64,000 nt of DNA. Source: Aquificaceae bacterium. Its GTDB lineage: Bacteria; Aquificota; Aquificia; Aquificales; Aquificaceae. This document shows positions 59,537 to 64,000 of this stretch, in pieces (positions within the stretch are counted from its first letter, which is position 1; each line of letters begins with the position of its first letter). The stretch spans positions 608,001-672,000 of the forward strand of contig JAXSNR010000002.1 of the NCBI GenBank assembly GCA_037925075.1. Reading direction: 5' to 3'. The position numbers were made by a program, and so were the translations under genes. Under the pieces are notes generated by a model. The model saw only the letters and a list, made by a program, of their open reading frames with translations. It had not been told where the DNA came from and searched no databases.

Positions 59537-60666
59537 AAAAGCTTGGAGTTTTGGGTTCTACTGGTTCTGTGGGAAGTCAAACCCTTGAGGTGGTGAAGGC
59601 ATACAGAGAAGACTTTGAGCTTGTTGGCTTACTTGCAAAAAGGGCATCGGAAAAGCTTTTACTTCAGGCAATAGAGCTAAAGCCAAGGTTTGTATCCTGC
59701 TACGAAGAGCCCTCAAAGGACTGGCTCTCAAAACTTCCAGATGGAACCACTTTTCTCAAAGGTGAAGAGGGGCTTGTTGCCATCTTGGAAGGTTCAGAGG
59801 TGGTGATGAACGCCATATCGGGAACGGATGGCATACTGCCCACGTACCTTGTGCTTAAGGAGGGTAAAAGGCTTTTGGCTTCCAACAAGGAATCCCTTAT
59901 ATGTCTGAGAAATCTTGTAAGGGAAAACAGGGAAAGAATATTGCCCGTAGACAGCGAGCACAACGCCCTTTTTCAGATAATGCTAAATCTCAAATCAGAG
60001 GAGATTAAAAAGGTCTACCTTACCGCCTCTGGAGGACCCTTTAGAGAAAAAAGCTTGGAAGAGCTAAGACATGTAAGCGTAGAAGATGCCCTCAAGCATC
60101 CCACTTGGAAAATGGGTGCCAAGATAACCGTTGATTCTGCCACACTTATGAACAAGGGTATGGAGCTTATAGAAGCCATAAACTTCTTTGACCTTGAGGT
60201 AGAAAAGCTTGAGGTGGTCATACATCCACAAAGCGTAGTGCATGGTATCGTGGAGCTAATAGATGGTAGCTTTCTGTTCCACACCTCTCAAACGGATATG
60301 AGAATTCCCATACTATATAGCCTCTACTACCCAGAAAGGAAAGCCTTTCCCTTTGAGAAAAAAAGCCTTTTGGAGCTTTCTCCCATAACCTTTGAAAGGG
60401 TGGATATGGAAAAGTTCAGAAGTGTTTCACTGTGTAGGTGGGTTGCCCTTATGGGTGGTGTGTATCCTGCAGTGCTGGTAGGTGCGGATCAGATAGCGGT
60501 TGAGCTTTTCCTACAGGGGAAAATAGGCTTTTTGGACATTGTAAGCCTTGTGGAAGAGGTACTAAGCTCTGTAGACCTAAAGGAGCCAGAAAACATTGAA
60601 GAGGTGCTCTTTGCCATAGATTGGGCGTACAGAAAAGGCAAAGAACTTTTAGAGGTGGTTGGATGA
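59533..60666 (+). CDS. dxr: 1-deoxy-D-xylulose-5-phosphate reductoisomerase
   Basis: 'LGSTGSVG', 'NKES', 'PVDSEHNA', 'TASGGPF', 'HPTWKMG.KIT.DSAT.MNKG'. Confidence 0.97.
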   Translation: MKKLGVLGSTGSVGSQTLEVVKAYREDFELVGLLAKRASEKLLLQAIELKPRFVSCYEEPSKDWLSKLPDGTTFLKGEEGLVAILEGSEVVMNAISGTDGILPTYLVLKEGKRLLASNKESLICLRNLVRENRERILPVDSEHNALFQIMLNLKSEEIKKVYLTASGGPFREKSLEELRHVSVEDALKHPTWKMGAKITVDSATLMNKGMELIEAINFFDLEVEKLEVVIHPQSVVHGIVELIDGSFLFHTSQTDMRIPILYSLYYPERKAFPFEKKSLLELSPITFERVDMEKFRSVSLCRWVALMGGVYPAVLVGADQIAVELFLQGKIGFLDIVSLVEEVLSSVDLKEPENIEEVLFAIDWAYRKGKELLEVVG

Positions 60667-62402
60667 AGCCTATTTTCTTTGCCTTGGGCTTTGTATTTTT
60701 TTGCTTCTTACCCTTTTATCTGGTTTCATCCCCAAGTGGTGGGGGTGTGTCCTTTGTAAGGATAAATCCAGAGGATTTTCAAACAAAGGAGGGAAAAGAA
60801 GGTGGAGAGATCAGACTTTTGCTAAGCTCTGACCCAAGAACCCTGAACCCAGCCATAGCTCAGGAAACCTCTTCCACCGCAGTGCTTTCGGACCTATTCA
60901 CAGGGCTTACAAAGATAGACCTTAAAACCATGCAAGTAGTCCCAGACCTTGCGGAAGGCTGGGAAGAGAAGGAGGGTGGAAGGATATACGTTTTTCACCT
61001 TAAAAAAGGTATAAGGTGGAGCGATGGAGAGCCCTTTACCGCGGAGGATGTGGTCTTTACCTACAGGGACATATACCTAAATCCAAACATACCCAACTCC
61101 ACCGGAGATATGTTCAAGGGTATTCTTAAAAGTCAAGAAGAAATAAAAAACTTTGTGAAAAAGCTGGATGACCATAAGGTGGAGTTTAGACTTCCAGAGC
61201 CTTTTGCACCCTTTTTGAACGCCCTGTCCGCATCCATACTTCCAAAGCACAAGCTTGAAAGGTTTGTAAAAGAAGGCACCTTTATGACCGCATGGAACGT
61301 AAACACAGACCCAAAGGAGATCGTAGGTACAGGTCCCTACATGCTCAAAAGGTATGTGAAAGGGGTTATGGTGGAATACGAGGCAAACTCTTACTACTAT
61401 GAGACAGATAACTCAGGAAGGAGGCTTCCCTACATAAAGAGAAAAATAGGCTACATAGTGCAAGACCCAGACACTGCACTTTTGAAGTATTCCCTTGGAG
61501 AGATTGATTACATGGGCGTAAGGCCTCAAGATGTGCTTTTTATGAGTAGGGTAAAGGAAACCACTCTGTACGACCTTGGACCAACACCCTCCACCACCTT
61601 TTTGGTGTTCAATCAAAACCCCAGCTCAAGCATACCAAAGCATAAACTAAAATGGTTTCAGAACAGAGAATTCAGAAGAGCTATATCTCATGCCATAGAC
61701 AGGGAGGGCATGTGCTACCTTGTTTATAATGGCCTTGCTGAGCCTCTGTATGGTCCTGTGACACCCGCCAACAGACCCTACTACACGGAAGGGCTTTTCC
61801 CAGTCTACGAATACAACCTAAAAAAGGCAAGGGCTATCCTTGAAAGCATTGGCTTTAGGGACAAAAACCGCGACGGTTGGTTAGAGGACCCAGAGGGCCA
61901 TACCCTTGAAATAGTGCTTCTCACAAACGCAGGCAACAAAGAAAGGGAAGCCATGGGAAACATGATAAAGGAAGACCTTGAAAAAATAGGGATAAAGGTA
62001 ATCTTCAGACCCATAGACTTTAACAGTCTTGTGGGCAGGCTCACCTCTCCACCTTACGATTGGGAAACGGTGATAATCGGGCTTACGGGCTCCATGGACC
62101 CACACTTTGGAAGGAACGTCTGGCACTCTTCTGGCACACTTCACATGTGGAACCCAAGACAGAAAACTCCTCATACAGAATGGGAAAGGAAAGTTGATGA
62201 ACTTTTTGACATGGGGGCAAGGGAGACAAACCATAAAAAAAGAGTAGAAATATACAGGTCCGCCTACCGCACAATAGCACAGGAACAACCCATGATATTC
62301 TTAACAACACCGAAAAGCATGCTTGCGGTAAGAAACAAGGTTGAAAACCTCTTCCCCACAGTTTGGGGCTGGTACAAGGAAGAAGCACTATCTGTTAGGT
62401 GA
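60663..62402 (+). CDS. Peptide/nickel ABC substrate-binding protein (family 5)
   Basis: 'DPRTLNP', 'PDLAE.W', 'WSDGEPFTAEDV.FT', 'GTGPY', 'FRRAISHAIDR'. Confidence 0.92.
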   Translation: MKPIFFALGFVFFCFLPFYLVSSPSGGGVSFVRINPEDFQTKEGKEGGEIRLLLSSDPRTLNPAIAQETSSTAVLSDLFTGLTKIDLKTMQVVPDLAEGWEEKEGGRIYVFHLKKGIRWSDGEPFTAEDVVFTYRDIYLNPNIPNSTGDMFKGILKSQEEIKNFVKKLDDHKVEFRLPEPFAPFLNALSASILPKHKLERFVKEGTFMTAWNVNTDPKEIVGTGPYMLKRYVKGVMVEYEANSYYYETDNSGRRLPYIKRKIGYIVQDPDTALLKYSLGEIDYMGVRPQDVLFMSRVKETTLYDLGPTPSTTFLVFNQNPSSSIPKHKLKWFQNREFRRAISHAIDREGMCYLVYNGLAEPLYGPVTPANRPYYTEGLFPVYEYNLKKARAILESIGFRDKNRDGWLEDPEGHTLEIVLLTNAGNKEREAMGNMIKEDLEKIGIKVIFRPIDFNSLVGRLTSPPYDWETVIIGLTGSMDPHFGRNVWHSSGTLHMWNPRQKTPHTEWERKVDELFDMGARETNHKKRVEIYRSAYRTIAQEQPMIFLTTPKSMLAVRNKVENLFPTVWGWYKEEALSVR

Positions 62403-63798
62403 TGAGCTCGTTTAGCCTTTCTTTTAGCACCTTGTAAGCTTCTTCTCTTACTATCCGGCTTACATCCACTTTTGATAAAACCTCGTTGACCTTCTCCCTT
62501 AAAACCTCTTCCAGTTTTCTTTCAAGAGCAGAGGATAATTGTCTGGTTATCTCTTCTGGGCTAAGGATGCTAAGCAGAGTAGAATGAAGCTTTTCTTGAG
62601 ATAGTTGCTCTTTGATTAAATCTTTTAGCGCTGTTGCGAAGCTTTCCGCTATTTTTTCCATATGGACTATGCCTTCAGAAATTACAGGCTCTTCTCGCAT
62701 CTCAGGTACTTCTTCTACAGAAGATGTATAGGATATGCTTTCAGGAATTGAAGGTTCTTCTAACATCTTAGGTTCTTCTTCTACAAAGGCTGGCGGTTTT
62801 TCCTCTTCAACGCTAGCACCTACTAGCTCTTCAAGTAGTCCCATTATGCCCTTATCCTCTTCCTCTGTGAACACAGGTTCAAGCTCCATAGGTAGGGGCT
62901 CCTCAAGAGGAGGTGTTTCCAGCATAGCTTCTGCAGGGTGTTCTATAGGATATCCTTCCGCAAGTTCTATAATCTTCTCTATTGCTTTACTTAGTTCCGC
63001 CTCCCTTGCAAAGCTGTACTTTTTCTCAAGGGGGATGCTTTCCACATCTATGGTAAAGAGTTCATCAATTAAAAGAACGTAGGGCTTTTTTGCTAAGATC
63101 TCATCCTTTGACATATCCATAAGGGTTCTATAAGCCAGCATTCCGGAAATGGTATCGAAGAGGATTATATCCGCATCCTTTGCCTTCTCAAGGGCCTCCT
63201 TAATACCCTTAGCTTCTAATATGTCGATCTTTTCTGAGAGGGCTTCTCTTACGTTGTTTATAAGAGCGGTATCAAAAGAGACTAAGAGTAGCTTTTTGTG
63301 AAGCTTTCCTTCTTCTTGAGGCAATGCAGGTTCAATAGGCAGTTCAAGGTCGAACTCTCTAAAGCCTACCATATTCTCCGTGTAAGTAGAGAGATCTTCA
63401 CCCGAAGGTACCTCCTCCAGTTGTTCTGAGAGTAAGTCCTGTGGTTGCTCTTCTACCACCTCTGGTTCGCTTACTATCGCGTCGATGATTTTAGCTAGCA
63501 CTTCATCCCTCATCACCTTTATTTTCTTTGGAGGCATTATGTTGTTCATGTCTACAGGAAATAGGTCGTCCACAAGGATTATATACTTTGAATCCTTAAA
63601 TTTCTGCTTATACATGTTGTTTATGTCCTCTTCTGATATGGAGCCAGAGACTGCATCGTATATAACCACATCCATGTAAGAAGAAACTGTGTTTATGGCT
63701 TCCTCGCCGTTTTTCACATCCATTACGTTGTAATCTTTCAGAACTTCTTTAACTTTGTTAATTAGACTTTTATCAAAGGAGACTATGAGTATGTTCAT
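62395..63798 (-). CDS. Protein with two pseudo-receiver domains, acidic Pro/Glu linkers and a helical C-terminal tail
   Basis: Internal repeat 'IL.VSFD..LIN.V.E.L....D...A....D...G....Y..L.D.LF..D' occurs twice. Confidence 0.7.
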   Translation of the reverse strand: MNILIVSFDKSLINKVKEVLKDYNVMDVKNGEEAINTVSSYMDVVIYDAVSGSISEEDINNMYKQKFKDSKYIILVDDLFPVDMNNIMPPKKIKVMRDEVLAKIIDAIVSEPEVVEEQPQDLLSEQLEEVPSGEDLSTYTENMVGFREFDLELPIEPALPQEEGKLHKKLLLVSFDTALINNVREALSEKIDILEAKGIKEALEKAKDADIILFDTISGMLAYRTLMDMSKDEILAKKPYVLLIDELFTIDVESIPLEKKYSFAREAELSKAIEKIIELAEGYPIEHPAEAMLETPPLEEPLPMELEPVFTEEEDKGIMGLLEELVGASVEEEKPPAFVEEEPKMLEEPSIPESISYTSSVEEVPEMREEPVISEGIVHMEKIAESFATALKDLIKEQLSQEKLHSTLLSILSPEEITRQLSSALERKLEEVLREKVNEVLSKVDVSRIVREEAYKVLKERLNELIT

Positions 63799-64000
63799 GG
63801 CCTACCCTCCATTTTTTTAATTATATCGTCCAGTATCTTTTTTGCTTCAAACAAACTCTCCTTAGGTATGAGACCACTCATAGCAAAGGCTACCCTTAAA
63901 GCCTTCAACTTCCTTTTTAGCTCTTCCCGTAGCAGAAAATCCGCTCCCCTGTCCTTCTTAAATAGCAGGACTAGCCCAAAAATAAACAAGATAAAGCCCG
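63795..64000 (-). CDS. Hypothetical membrane protein, C-terminal part (truncated by window edge)
   Basis: Open frame with a TM segment and helical tail. ATGA overlap with the next gene. Confidence 0.5.
   Translation of the reverse strand, partial: GFILFIFGLVLLFKKDRGADFLLREELKRKLKALRVAFAMSGLIPKESLFEAKKILDDIIKKMEGRP

Overview
A gene-dense 64-kb bacterial chromosome segment. AGG/AGA-dominated Arg codons, many 1-4 nt gene overlaps, tRNAs without encoded CCA and the overall gene set suggest an Aquificaceae thermophile (Hydrogenobacter/Thermocrinis-like); this is inferred, and no database search was run. Most of it is housekeeping: glyS, ppsA, purA, hflX-hfq, nadE, argD, tatBC, pyrD, cfa, guaA, glyA, thiL, pycB, pyrG, groESL and ispE-tRNA-Gln-prs-rplY-pth-ppa-kdsD-dxr. 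Three accessory regions stand out. (1) A type IVa pilus locus (4.1-18.8 kb): pilMNOPQ, two tandem 6-Cys pilins with an intrinsic-terminator hairpin inside the second pilin's coding start, and a convergent pilY1/fimT/pilV/W/X operon ending in a Maf/DUF115-type glycosyltransferase, a family known for flagellin glycosylation. (2) A small decaying patch: tandem Uma2 genes (one frameshifted) and a HEPN-MNT pair whose HEPN catalytic segment appears deleted. (3) The best candidate for a new system (22.3-26.5 kb): a secreted His/CxxC leader peptide ending in the RAPP arrest motif, whose own RAPP codons form a 13-bp helix with the SD of the next gene. It heads a DsrE/SaoD-like + outer-membrane barrel + Cys-rich microprotein + metal-ABC (no ATPase) cluster, which has a second long SD-sequestering hairpin internally. 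Also seen: repeated stop-codon/-10-box overlaps feeding apparently leaderless genes, and a RomR-like double pseudo-receiver protein. No CRISPR array, rRNA, transposase or integrase was found.
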